This document shows, piece after piece, positions 1 to 12,200 of a stretch of 64,000 nt of DNA. The first letter of the stretch is position 1. Each line of letters starts with the position of its first letter. This stretch comes from the human T2T-CHM13v2.0 reference genome, Homo sapiens: assembly GCF_009914755.1 (NCBI RefSeq), contig NC_060927.1, one strand, 5' to 3'. The translations under genes and the position numbers were made by a program. The notes below the pieces were generated by a model that worked only from the letters and a program-made list of their open reading frames with translations, ran no database searches and was not told the DNA's origin.

Positions 1-1959
1 TAACTGTAGAAAATGTGTAAGGAATTATCTCGCATATGGGGCATAAATACAAAGTGTGAACTGCCTTCTCTACCTTCTCTGGCAAACAAACATATTTCAT
101 CTTCAAAATATTTATTATGTGGGAAATTTAGAATAAGGAATAAAATTAAATAGAATGAGATGAGTCTCCTGAATACCAATTTTTGTTTTTAAGAAAAGGA
201 AAAGATTTTTTACCAATATAAACCTCATAGCACGAGCCAAGCCCAAAGCAACCTATGAAAACACAGAGCCCCAGATAAGTCAAAATCAAGATTAATGTTG
301 CTCCCATTTCTTATTACAAACTCAAGTATAAAAATCAATGTGAACATAAACCTCCCACAGGGGAGTCCTTGGCAATCTTCTCCCTGCTTTCAATAGGAAG
401 AGTTACCCGAGTATTCTAACCGGAGCTCTTAGTTCACACAACTTCAAGAGTCCCCAGTCTGGGCTGAAACACCTTTTTGAAACCTGCCAGGGGGCTTTAA
501 CCCAAACAGTGCTGCACGGTGGTAGCTCCCTGTCGCTTCATCCAAGGAGAAGGCAGAGTTCAGGAGAACAAGCAGTCACTGGGGTCAGAAAAGAGGCCGG
601 TGAGGAAATACCTCTCGTTCCTCTAGCCCTGCCCCCACAGAAGCACACTTGAATCAAGTTTGTTTTCTCAGTGTCAGAGAGAGGCCTCAACAGCCCTGGC
701 TGTGTCCATATAGGGCTCTAATCGCCCTTGACCTGATCCCCCTTCCCCGGCCCACCGCCTGCTGCTCAACCCTGCTCCTCTGCTCTTCCTGGGCTTGTGA
801 ACTCAGGGGGCTGCCTGAACCTCCTCAGATTCTGGTATCTCATCCACAGGTCAGAGATGAGCTGAGAAATGGCCCCTGACTCAAGGAGACCCCAGCACCT
901 GCCCTGCATCCCCCTTCAATGGCTTGTGCTGAGGGCAGGATGGATACTGTGAATTATGCATGGGTTCCTAGGCAAGCTGCCTCTCTCGGGCTCCTCATCT
1001 GTGAAATGAGGATAGCTGGACTCATCCGGGGTCTGCTGAGCATTCTGAAGCAACAGAACCCTTTCGGAAATAAACTTGTATAGGGAAGTCCCTCTGGTAA
1101 ATAGGTAAGGATGGATGGAGATACTCGGGCTGGAGTGGACTTGGAAGAACACCAACCTTGCCACTCACTTCCTGTGCCCCTCTAAGGAGCCTGGGATTCT
1201 CTACAGCACAGCTGGAAACCCTGGAGCATATGGTGGACAAATGCCCTTTCAGCTACAAGATTTCATGGTCCAGTCATCACTGGTAACAACTCCTCTTTAA
1301 GAAGAGAGACCACTTCAGGCATCCATCTCCCCTTGTCAACAGCAGGAAAAGCCAGACAACCCAGTCATGAATTGGGATTTTTCTAATTGGAAAATAGTTG
1401 TAATACTGCACTCTTACAGAAGATAACCTAAGAGGAGGATAATACTCATTATTGATGAGGTTTATCTAAAGATAGATGTATTTTTACATCTTTCCCCCAC
1501 AGATACAACCCACCTCCATCTGAATTGTGGAAAAGGCCTAAACTGGGTGACCCAAGATCATCCTGGTGACAGGTGTGTCCCTAGCTTCCTACACAAATTA
1601 ATGAATGTCTCATTGGTGAACTTCTTGATCCTGATTGATCCTTGAGAGGAAGGTGTGACGAGTGCAGCATGAGCTGCTGATTACTAGACCTGCATGCAAG
1701 GAAGACCCCAGTGAAGGCCCAACACGAATGCTGAGTACACCTGTGGGCACTCTGGAGTTGCCATCTTACCTATGCAAGAGGGGGAGCAGCGCTTTGGGGT
1801 GTAAACCTAACAGAGAAGTGGAACCCAAGAGTGGCTATTTTCCAAAACAGTACCATTGCATGCAAACCCTAAATAAGGAGGAACTGTCCACATTTACAGT
1901 CCCTAATTCCTCTCCTTCCTTCTCTCTTGACTTTATTCTAGTCAGATTTTCACTAGTGC

Positions 1960-3325
1960 TACTCCACTGACAACTGCTGTCAAGGTGACGAATGACCTCC
2001 ATGATCCAAAATCCATGATCCCTTCTCAGTTCTCATCTTACTGGAGTAACCAGCATCATGTGATGCAGTTGATCACTCTCGCACTTTGAAGCCCTTCTTC
2101 ACTTGCCTCGCAAGGAGCACCTTCTCCCATTCCATTCAGTCTACTTCTCTGGCCACCCCTCATCAGTCTCCTCGGCTGGCTGTTCATCTTGCAGACCTCT
2201 TAATGCTGCTTAATGCTTCAGAAATCAGTGCTCACTCAGCAGTCTCATTAGTCTCAAGGCCTTAAATATTTTATCTCAGCCAGGACCCTCCCTATGAAAC
2301 TCCAGCTTGCATACACAATTGCCTACTTTAGCACTCCCTTCAATGACTAAACCCTAACAACCGCCCTGAGCTCCCATACTCTTCCTTCAAAGTAGCCCAA
2401 TACCCAGCCCTCAAGTCTCCCCATCTCAGTTTTAACAGCTAGTCCATCCTTCTAGGTGCTCAGGTCAAAACCTTGGCAACACTTTCTCTCACACTCCACA
2501 TCCCATCCAGAGGCAGATCCTCTTGGCTCTAACTTTAGAACCTATCCAGATCCTTACTACTCCACTACATTTACTTCCTCCACTATTTTCCACCTGGTCC
2601 AAGCCACCATCATCACCTGCTTAGTTATTCTCACAACCTCCTCCCTAGTCTCCTTGTTTCCACCATTACCCCCGCCCAGGGTCTGTTTTCAACAAACGGC
2701 TGGAGCAGTCTTGCTGAACTATGAGATTGAGCCTGGTACTCTCCAGCTCAAAAGCACCAGTGGCTTCAGGGCTCCCTCACTGTAAGAGCCAGTGTCCCTA
2801 GCAATAGCCCATGAGGTCCTATGTGATCTGGCCACCATCACCTCCCTGACCTCCACCTGCCCCTGTTCACCCTGCTCCAGCCACATGGGCTTCCTGTCTC
2901 CATCCCCGTGCCAGGGACATTTTACCTGTAGGCCTCTGCCTCATTCTTTCTGCACACAAACTCTTTCCCAGTGACCTATAAGGCTTGCCTTACCCCTCTT
3001 TGCCCGCTTTGGGTCTTTGCTCAAATATCACCTTAGTGAGGCCTTCCCACTGGCCAGCTCATCTGAAAGCTCAACTGCCCTCTCCCTGGTCTTCCCCGGA
3101 CCCCCACCTGCTTTGTTTCTCTACAACACTTACCATTCTTCAACTTACCACACAATCCATTTTATTTACTTATTTATTTCATTTCCCCGTGAGAAAGAAG
3201 GAGAACAGAAGCATCATCAGAACAGATCTTTTTTGGTCTGTTTTGTTTGCTCAAGTAACCACAGCTCCTAAGGCAATGCCAAGCATCTAGTAGGTGCTCA
3301 ATAAAAATGTGCTAAGTGAATGAAA
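1960..3325 (+). mobile_element. LINE-2 (L2) 3' portion
   Basis: L2-typical pyrimidine-rich body; ends with the L2 terminus tagtaggtgctcaataaaaatgtgctaagtgaatgaa. Confidence 0.75.
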
Positions 3326-4087
3326 GGTGCTCTTATCTCATGGGGTTTTGGAAGGGCTTCTAAGGAGCCATGTACTCCCTGAAACTCAAAGACAAATTTG
3401 GAGTTAGATTCCTTTTTTCTAGGAAGAGAATCACAGCCTTAGAGCCTTGAAGAGATTTGTGACTCAAAAAAAAGTTGAAGAACCAGTAACACAGATGCTT
3501 GAATTTAACAAGGATTATTATAGGTTTCTTCAAACAATGAATAAACTTCATTCACAGCTATTTGCTAAAATAAGAATGTGTGATCCACCAGTGGCGTGAT
3601 TATACTATGTTCTTGCTTCAGAATTTCCAGCATAGAGTCAAAAGATTTGTTTTGGGAATTTTTACGAGCAGATTTTGAATAGGCAGCATGATTATCCTCA
3701 TTGTCTGTGAGCCAGAACACCGGTGAGAATGAATAAAAATGTGTTTTCACAGATTTGGAGGCCAACTCTTATATTCATGCAAAGCTGAAAGAAAACAGTA
3801 CCTGTAAGGTGTGCACGCACGCGCGTGCACAGCATGGGAAGGTCCAGGTGGGAAGGTCCAGGTGGGCGGCTGTCAGGCAGATAGTCCGTTACCTTGGCCC
3901 CGCTGGGAAATTACCAGACCTTGTTCCCAAACAACAAAACCTGACCCTTTTACCACCCACACTCTAATTCCAAAACCAGTTAAAAACAACAACAACAAAA
4001 AACTCCACACACAAAATTATCAATCATCTACCAGGTATAGAAACGTCACTGTGTAAGAGCCAAACTCCAACATACGACATGGCTTAC

Positions 4088-4568
4088 CTTCCCCTATCAT
4101 AGAGACCCCCACGGACATGCCCATGAACTTGCTTTTGGTCCATACATGAGTGTTGACGCACAGTCTCTTCTCCTCGCACTCACAGTAGAAGCAGGAGATG
4201 GGTGGGTGATGGGACACTTGCTCAGCCACAAACCTTAGTTTGTAGCTTTTGGAAGGGTCATCGGCCATTGGGTGTTCGTGACAGCTGGCAGGAGAGCGGG
4301 AAGCAGTCCTCTTAGGCTTGACCCTGTCCTTGGGAACTTCCCAGGAGCAGTGAAATGTCTCGCCTATGATGGGGTTGTAGGGCTTCTTGGCTAAAGCGCC
4401 CTTGCGGCCCTCGTGAAAGGCTGTGAGATAATACTCAACGAAGCAAATGACTCTCTCCTCTGGTGTGGCCCCAGCGGTGATGGCCAGCAGTAGGTCTGGG
4501 TGCGCCATGAAATCTGCATACATCTCCAGCAAAGATCGCTTCTCCAGGATAAAGGTGGGAAGCACCAC
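4088..4568 (-). CDS. OSBPL10: OSBPL10 coding exon (about exon 8), 481 nt, phase 0 to 1; core of the OSBP-related ligand-binding domain
   Basis: Acceptor ccaaatgcag|GTG, donor GAAG|gtaagc. Translates [15 protein letters not shown]...[12 protein letters not shown]...[11 protein letters not shown]...[15 protein letters not shown]; contains the family signatures EQVSHHPP and KPYNP. Confidence 0.98.
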
Positions 4569-5639
4569 CTGCATTTGGAAGGACACAAAGTCAGACAATC
4601 CCTGGGATTACACGGAAAAGCTGAAAAGAAAGGTAAAGGCTGCAACCACTGTTAAGCAAATTCATAACATCTCCAGCCAGGGAGCAGTCTGTTTTGACTT
4701 GTGCACACATGACAAACCAAGGGAAACAATATCAAAGAAATGAGAAGTGGCAGTGGAATCAACGAGAGCCCAGCTTTGTGGACAAGACTGCTCTGAGTGA
4801 TTTTCTTCCTTGTTTACCTGGGCTAACACAATAGTCTCTGTCTCAGTCTCCACTGCCATTTCTCCCCTAACTCTCCATTATTTAGAGATGTGAAGAAAAC
4901 AGCCTGGAAGGGCTTTTCTGTATTCCCCCTGCCATCAGGCAAGACCAAGTGGGCTGGGGCAGGGGAAGGGAGGGGTCGGCAATCAGTGTGTTCTCACAAA
5001 CATGGATACTGGGGTTTGTTGGTGCCACTTCATAGGGGGTCCAGGCAGACCAGGACCCACCACCAATGACAGTGTGCACTGGGAGGCCTCGGTAGAAGAA
5101 TGGTGTACAAGCCCCACCATGACTGAGGAAGGGTAGGACTGTGGAAAGGGCCCAGCTCCAGGACGGGGCAGGCCCATCAGCAGGCAAATATCCACAGAGC
5201 TGCCGCAGACAAGAGGGGCCATGGTGATTCCATCTGTGGAGGTCGGTCCTCAAGGCTGGTCCAGGAGAAACCAGTGGAAGTTACAAAGCAGGCTGGCACT
5301 TAACATACAGAACCTGCTGCTAAAGGACTGGCAGAGTGGCTACCCCTAGGTTTGTTATTGGCACCATGATTGAAGACAGAGACCTTGTAGAGGCCCGGAT
5401 AACTCTGGTAGAGATAAGACAGAGACTCCTCATTGATCCAAAGTGGATCCAGGTGGTCACTCAGGGGGCTCTACAACCCCAAATGCCTGTAACCCAATGA
5501 TTATTTAATCATCTACTGTAAGTCACTTAAAGCAACTGAAGGGTACTCTGAAACTGGGAAGCCCATAACTCATTACTGCTACTGCTTTTTAAAGAAGAGA
5601 AAGTCCATTTTTCACTGTCCTAGAGTGATCTTAAATTAA

Positions 5640-5920
<281 letters not shown>

Positions 5921-6306
5921 AGTTATCGGGTATTAATAATCCACCCACTTAGCTGCAAAACACAGCCAGCCTTAACCCAGAGCATCTCATTCTGTTCCTC
6001 CTAACGTGGACTCACAGGATTTTGAAACTGGAAAGCTAGCCCAGACCTGCTGGGCCACGCAGGGAACACACCGGGTTCCAGCGAGTTGACCAATACCATG
6101 GGGCTGGTTTACAATCTCTCTTTACATAACTAATTCTGTCCTTCCTTTCTGCAGTCCCTCACTCCCATGAAAACATTTGGGAGGGTGTATGATCACGGAC
6201 CACAAATATCACACAGGCTCACAGATCTGTAACCCTGACTCTACTTCAGGATTCCAACACCCTTCCCTGCAAATGACTTGGATGTGATGGAAGGGAGAAG
6301 AGATGC

Positions 6307-6738
6307 TGCTGTGGTCTGAGTTTGTCCTCTCCCAAATGTGTGTTGCAATTTGATCCCCGATGTGGCAGTGTTAGGAAGTGGGGACTAGTAGAAGGTGTGT
6401 AGGTAATGGGAGCAGATCCCTTATGAAGAGATTAATGCCTTCCTTCAGGAGCGAGTTCTCACTCTCTCAGGACTGAATTAGGGACCGCAAGAGCATGCTG
6501 TTCTAGAAGCGACTTTGGCTTCCTAGACCCTTGTGCTTCCCACATGATCTCTGCACACACACCCGCTCCCTTTTCTGCCACGTTTTGACCCAGCACATGG
6601 CCCTCACCAGACGCCAGCCAGATGTGACACTATGCTCTTAAACTTCCCAGCCTGCAGAATTGTGAGCTAAATAAATGTACTTTTCTGAAAAACGACTCAG
6701 TCTCATTCTGTCACAGCAACACTAAAGGGACTAATACA
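6307..6738 (+). mobile_element. MaLR solo LTR (MST family)
   Basis: tgctgtgg...ctaataca termini; 5-bp TSD gatgc/gatgt. Confidence 0.8.
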
Positions 6739-8245
6739 GATGTCCAGAGAGAGATAGGCAGACATGAGAACAGCAAAGTACAGAAATTTCAGAGGAAACT
6801 AGAAAAAGCCCCATCTGCTAGAGAGGTAAAGCTTGGTAGATCTCCTTTAATGCTTTTCTATCTTTCATTTGAAAAGTATGTCAGGAGAAAATGTGCCTGT
6901 CCTAAATAAAAAAGCAGCCAGATGTAAAATTGAACATGTAATACAATCCAAGAATCATAAAAACACTCAAAATGTTAACATATCTGTCCGGGTGACAGAA
7001 CTGAGTGATTTTAACACTTTTTTTTCTGAGTATCTTTCTGCTTTGTTTTTATAATACACACAAGGAAGAAACATTATTTAAAAACACAACTATGCAAATC
7101 AATGGAGGTTTCCTAATTTTCTTTAATCCACGACTTGAAAAAATTGAGAATCTGGCTGTCCTAGGATCTTATCTGGCCAAGAAAAGCATTTAGCTTGAAA
7201 TAACCTTCAGATGCCACCTCTATTACTTCCTATGCCTTTTTCGTGGGGACAGGTCATCATTCAGCAACCATCACTGTGCTCTCTGGGGGCTGCTCTTCCA
7301 ATGAGGCTTCACTGGGGTCAGGCTGCTGTGTTCTCCCACCACTTAGCTGTCCAATAGCAGAGTAAATAACCCCCAAATACTCACCACACTTCCCTCTTCT
7401 GCCCCAGAATCACCCAAGGGCTCCCCTATGAACTCCACCCAGACAGGGTGCACAAGCTGGGGAGTGTGAATTTAAGCAGCTTGGAAATCCCTTAATGAAG
7501 CCAAATCAATGACAAAGGACAGGCTGCCACAAATGTCTGCATCTGCATCCCTTCCCCAAGTGACTCCGTCTCCTGCTCTCTCCCTTCCCAGGTCCAAGGG
7601 GCCCTGTGATCAGAAGGCAAGCCAGGGGAGGGGAAGGACAGAAATATACACTGAGGCCATCAGCCCTGATGGGTATAACTTCAAACAAAGATAATTGCGT
7701 AACCTTGGCTCGTGTCTTTTTCCCCACTCTATGGCAATGGGGCTTCTGTGGCAATAATTCCACCTCTAGACAAGAATCTTCATGTTTGTACCCAAGATTA
7801 AAGTTAACAAGGAAAACTGATACAATATTTACTCTCTAGTGATGTACTTTTGAAAAGGAGAAGAATTTAAGATATTTCCCCTAATTTAGTCAGCATTTCT
7901 GAATTCAAAAGCTGAAGGATTTAAAAAAAAAAATAAGTAAATAAATAAGAAAAAGAACTCCACTTGGAACCCTGAGTCACGGAATGTCAGAACTAAAAAG
8001 CAAGATGATTTAGTGCACTGCCCTGGTCCCACAGGTGAGGGCGCTATGCCTGGGCCACCCAGTGGCCGAGCCAGCAGGGAACCTCAGGCTCCCAGGTGCC
8101 ACCTCCAAGTCCCTGCCATTACCCCATGACACATCATGATTATCTGCTTCTGGTTAACAAGAACATCTTCTCTCAGTGGACAAGGGAGACAGCTAGGATG
8201 TCTGGGCCACCCCAGCTGCTGTCATGGATTAAGAAGAGGGGGAAG

Positions 8246-8347
8246 AGCCAGGTATGGTGCCTTGTGCCTGTAATCCCAACAGTGGGAGGCTGAGGCAGGA
8301 AGAGTTTAAGACTAGCCTGGGCAACATAGTGAGAACCCATCACTACA

Positions 8348-8380
<33 letters not shown>
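8246..8380 (+). mobile_element. Alu monomer (FLAM-like) with (AAT)11 tail
   Basis: Left-monomer sequence followed by aat repeats at 8348-8380. Confidence 0.8.
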
Positions 8381-8720
8381 TTTTTTAAAAGAAGTGGGCA
8401 AAGGAGATCAAATGGGCAAGAGAATGGGACATGAGCCCCACCTTTTAGGGCCATTTCACTCTTCCCAACATAGCAAGAAAATCCACCATTCCAAACAGTA
8501 TCATTAATATCATAAATGGGAGGGAGATCGTTGCAATGAAGGAAGGGCGTAGGAGGCGTGGCTCCTGAACTGGAGGCCCAGCATCCTGCCATACCTCCAA
8601 CTCTCCTCCACACAACAGCCAGAGTCATCTTTCTAAAATCTATGTAAGAGATAACGCCCCCACCTCCCTCTGGTCTCACACGATGTCCTGACTGACTGCC
8701 CCCATCCCTCCCTGCACAAA

Positions 8721-8776
<56 letters not shown>
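8721..8776. repeat. Compound microsatellite (TC)9(AC)19
   Basis: Direct reading. Confidence 0.95.
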
Positions 8777-8778
<2 letters not shown>

Positions 8779-9982
8779 CCTTTTTCTGCCCTTTCTCCTG
8801 CCCTGTCTCTATGACAAAAAGCTCATCAGCTCAAGTAGCTCCCTGCTCTGTGAAGCTTTTTTTGACAGTTCCTGCTTTCAAGGCTAAAGCAACAACCCCT
8901 CTCTCCTATCCTCTGCACCTCACACATATCTCCACCTGCAAGGCTCTTTTGTTCTTATTAATGCACACGTTTCAAAACTGTAAGCTCTTAGTGGATAGAC
9001 ACCTGACTCCTTAATACCTAGCAAAAAACAAGACAAACAGATGAACTGCATGAGAGACACCTTTGTTTCCTTTGACATGTTTAAGTTACCCATATTTTTA
9101 AATGCAGATTCTCATTCACTATGCTTTTAATTCTTCTGAGTATATCCAGCCAAGTTTTCAGTTGCTGCTTCTCTCGAGCAACATGAGAATATTCACATAC
9201 ATACCAACTTCTAGGCTGAAGCCAGCTTACACAGAATCTAGCTTATTTCAGGAACGTGTTTTGGGTGGTAAGGAACCAGAGCCTGATGTATCAGAAGTGC
9301 ACTCTAAATGTCTAATGAATGAGTAGACTCAAACCCGGTCTGCCCCACACTCTTCTGGATCTCCTAAGACACCTTTGGGGCCAAAAAGAATGTGGCTGGA
9401 TGACCTCCAGGATGGGCCTTCAAAGGCTCCAAAGGAGCCAGAAGGAATGAAATTGCCTAGTCTGAAGGCATCTTCCTCTTCTCTTTATCAAAAGGAAAAA
9501 CAAAGGCTCTGCTCAGCAACTTCTGCCAATTATTACTGCCCAAATTGTTTAGTCTGGCTCTTAACTATGAGGAAAAAAAAAAAGTCAAATCCAAACTGAG
9601 GAACAGTTTGGAAAACAAAAATGAAAGCAAAGAAAACCTGACTTGAACTCTTCAGTATCACTGCCATGAAAGGGAAAAAGGCGGGGAATTTTCTTGACTA
9701 AAGGAGACTAGAGACATCATAATGACCAAATGCAACATAATCTGGGTTGGATTCTGGAGTTTTAAAAAATGGCCATAAAGGACATGATTGGGACAAGTTG
9801 GGAAAATTTACCATGGGCTGAATATGAAATAATATTGCCTCAATGTTACATTTCCCAATGTGACACATGTATACTATAATGTCCTTATTCTTAGAAGACA
9901 CTCACCAAAGGGGTAGGAAAGAACTGTCATGATGTCTGCAACATACTCTAAAATGGTTAATCAAAAAATAAACATACATGTA

Positions 9983-10342
9983 TGATATGGTTTGGCTGTG
10001 TCCCCACCCAAATTTCATCTTGAGTTGTAACTCCCACAATTCCCACGTGTCGTGGGAGGGACCCAGTGGGAGGTAATTGAATCATGGGGGTGGGTCTTTC
10101 TTGTGCTGTTCTCATTAACAGTAAGTCTCATGAGAGCTGATGGTTTTATAAAGAGGAGTTTCCCAAACAAGCTCTCTCTCTTTGCCTGCTGCCATCCATG
10201 TAAAACATGACTTGCTCCTCCTTGCCTTCTGCCATGATTGTGAGGCCTCCCCAGCCATTTGGAACTATAAGTCCGTTAAACCTCTTTTTCTTCCCAGTCT
10301 CAGGTATGTCTTTTATTAGCAGCATGAAAATGGACTAACCCA
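9983..10342 (+). mobile_element. THE1 (THE1B-like) solo LTR
   Basis: tgatatggtttggctgtgtccccacccaaat start, ggactaaccca end; TSD atgta/atgtg. Confidence 0.9.
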
Positions 10343-10540
10343 ATGTGTTACACACACATATACATGTATGTGTACGGAAAAAGTTCTGGAGGGAGACAGC
10401 TTGAGAACTAGAGAGAAAAATGGAAGGAGGAAGGTGGGAGGAGGGGAGGAGAGAGGTTGGCAGAGAGGGAAGAAGGGAGAAGAAATGCAAAGTACAAAAT
10501 GTTAGTAATTGGCCAAAAAAGGTGAAGAATATATGGGAGT

Positions 10541-10907
10541 TGATATGGTTTGGATTTGTGTCCCCACCCAAGTCTCATGTCAAATTGTAATCCCCAGTGT
10601 TGGAGACGGGGCCTGATGGGAGGTGATTGGATCATGGGGGCACACTTCCCCTTGCTGTTCTCATGATAGTGAGTTCTCATGAGATCTGGTTGTTTAAAAG
10701 TATATAACACCTCCCCCTTTGCTCTCTTTCTCCTGCTCTGGCCATGTAAGATGTTGAGAGCTTCCCCTTCGCCTTCTGCCATGATTGTAAGTTTCCTGAG
10801 GCCTCCCCAGAACTTGTACAGCCTGCAAAACTGGTCAATTAAACCTCTTTTCTTTATAAATTACTCAGTTTCAGGTAGTTCTTGATAGCAATGCAAGAAC
10901 TAATACA
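10541..10907 (+). mobile_element. MSTA-like solo LTR
   Basis: tgatatggtttggatttgtgtcccc start, ctaataca end; TSD ggagt/agagt. Confidence 0.88.
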
Positions 10908-11891
10908 AGAGTCCATTGTGCTACTCTTGCAACTTTACTGTAGATTGGAAAATGTTCAAAATAAAAAAGTTGGAGGAAAAAGAAAAAAGGTTCTACTGGG
11001 AATGCAATACCTGAGAATAATAATTTTCAAAGACAACCTTCCCAAAATTGTGGACTGAGGGAATATGGGCTCACAGCCAACATCAAGTCCAACCTACTAG
11101 GTATGTATTCTGTACTTTAAAATGACGTGGCTTTGTCAGAGCAGGAAAAAAATAGAATACCTGGAGAGATGGAGCAGAATGGGTTGGGAGCAGAATTACT
11201 ATTTCCTCTTTCATCTTCTGTTGTGTGTTTCATTGGAGTTTGTGCAGAATGCCAGATCAACTTCAAAACCAGCAACTGAACATTCTGGACAAGATGTCAT
11301 ACTTTTCATTAAAACAGACTTCCTAGTCTGGTCTGATTTCTTCCTCTCCTACAATCTCCTGGGCACCCTCTCCTTTTTTTTTTTTGGTGTGTTTGCAAAT
11401 AAGTCATTTAATCATCCATTTCTTGGACAGTGAACACCAGGGATACAGAGCCAAGGAGTGGTGAGTACTAATTGGGTTGTCTGCCTCTGACAGAGGGTGA
11501 GTGACGGCCCAGCTGTTCAGACTGATGGCATCCAAATGACCTGAAATCACTGCTGTGGATTTACCGAGCCATCAATAAAGACTGCCTTTTCTTCCGTTAA
11601 CATAATTAAGACAGTGAACTATTTGGGGGGAAGGAAAAAAAGAGAGGATCTGCACTAGGGACTCAGAGAACAATTAATTACATTTAAAGTTGCATCAATC
11701 TAAAAGTAAATAACCAATCTTCAGGTTGGGATCTTAGGCTCTTAGAAATCCGAAATAAACAATCACCCATAGGGGAAGGCGAAGGACACTTGGAAGGAGG
11801 GACAGTCCCCTCCCCACAGCAGGGAGCACAGCTGGCCTCTGCAAATAGAAGGCCAAGAGTAGGTGCAATTTTCTTCAAAGAAACATCAGTT

Positions 11892-12200
11892 GACTGGGTG
11901 CAGTGGCTCAGACCCATGATCCCAGCATTTTGAGAGGCTGAGGTGGGAGGATCGCTTCAGCCCTGGAGTTCAAGACCAACCTGGCTGCAAGACCTTGTTG
12001 TCTCTACACAAAAAATGTTTTTAAATTAGCCAGGTGTGGTGGTGCAAGCCTGTAGTCTTACTGTTGTCTTAGCTATCTGTAGGCTGAGGCAGGAGGATCA
12101 CTTGAGCCCAGGACTTTCTGGCTGCAGGGAGCTATGATTGCACCACTGTATGCCAGCCTGAGTTGTCTCTTTAAAGAAAGAGAAAAGAAAGAAAAAAGAA
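11892..12200 (+). mobile_element. Alu (AluJ-like, diverged)
   Basis: Dimeric Alu with A-rich tail. Confidence 0.85.

Larger units (their letters stand above)
9650..10985 (+). mobile_element. Old L1M 3' UTR fragment interrupted by two MaLR LTRs
   Basis: Removing the LTRs restores an L1M-like end (ggtgaagaatatatgggagt|ccattgtgctactcttgcaacttt...aaataaaaaagtt). Confidence 0.6.

Noticed and set aside
483-497. CTCF-like ctgccagggggctt
   Set aside because: Mismatches at both ends of the core; much weaker than the 16162 site
4882-5253. 123-aa minus-strand ORF upstream of the ORD exon
   Set aside because: No recognisable homology or convincing splice sites; may be an old repeat I cannot name
8173-8679. 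168-aa minus-strand ORF with poly-Leu
   Set aside because: Built from an Alu monomer and its (AAT)n tail; non-ATG start; no domain
9983-10907. Two LTRs as a possible deleted provirus
   Set aside because: Different subfamilies, each with its own TSD, with L1 sequence between them
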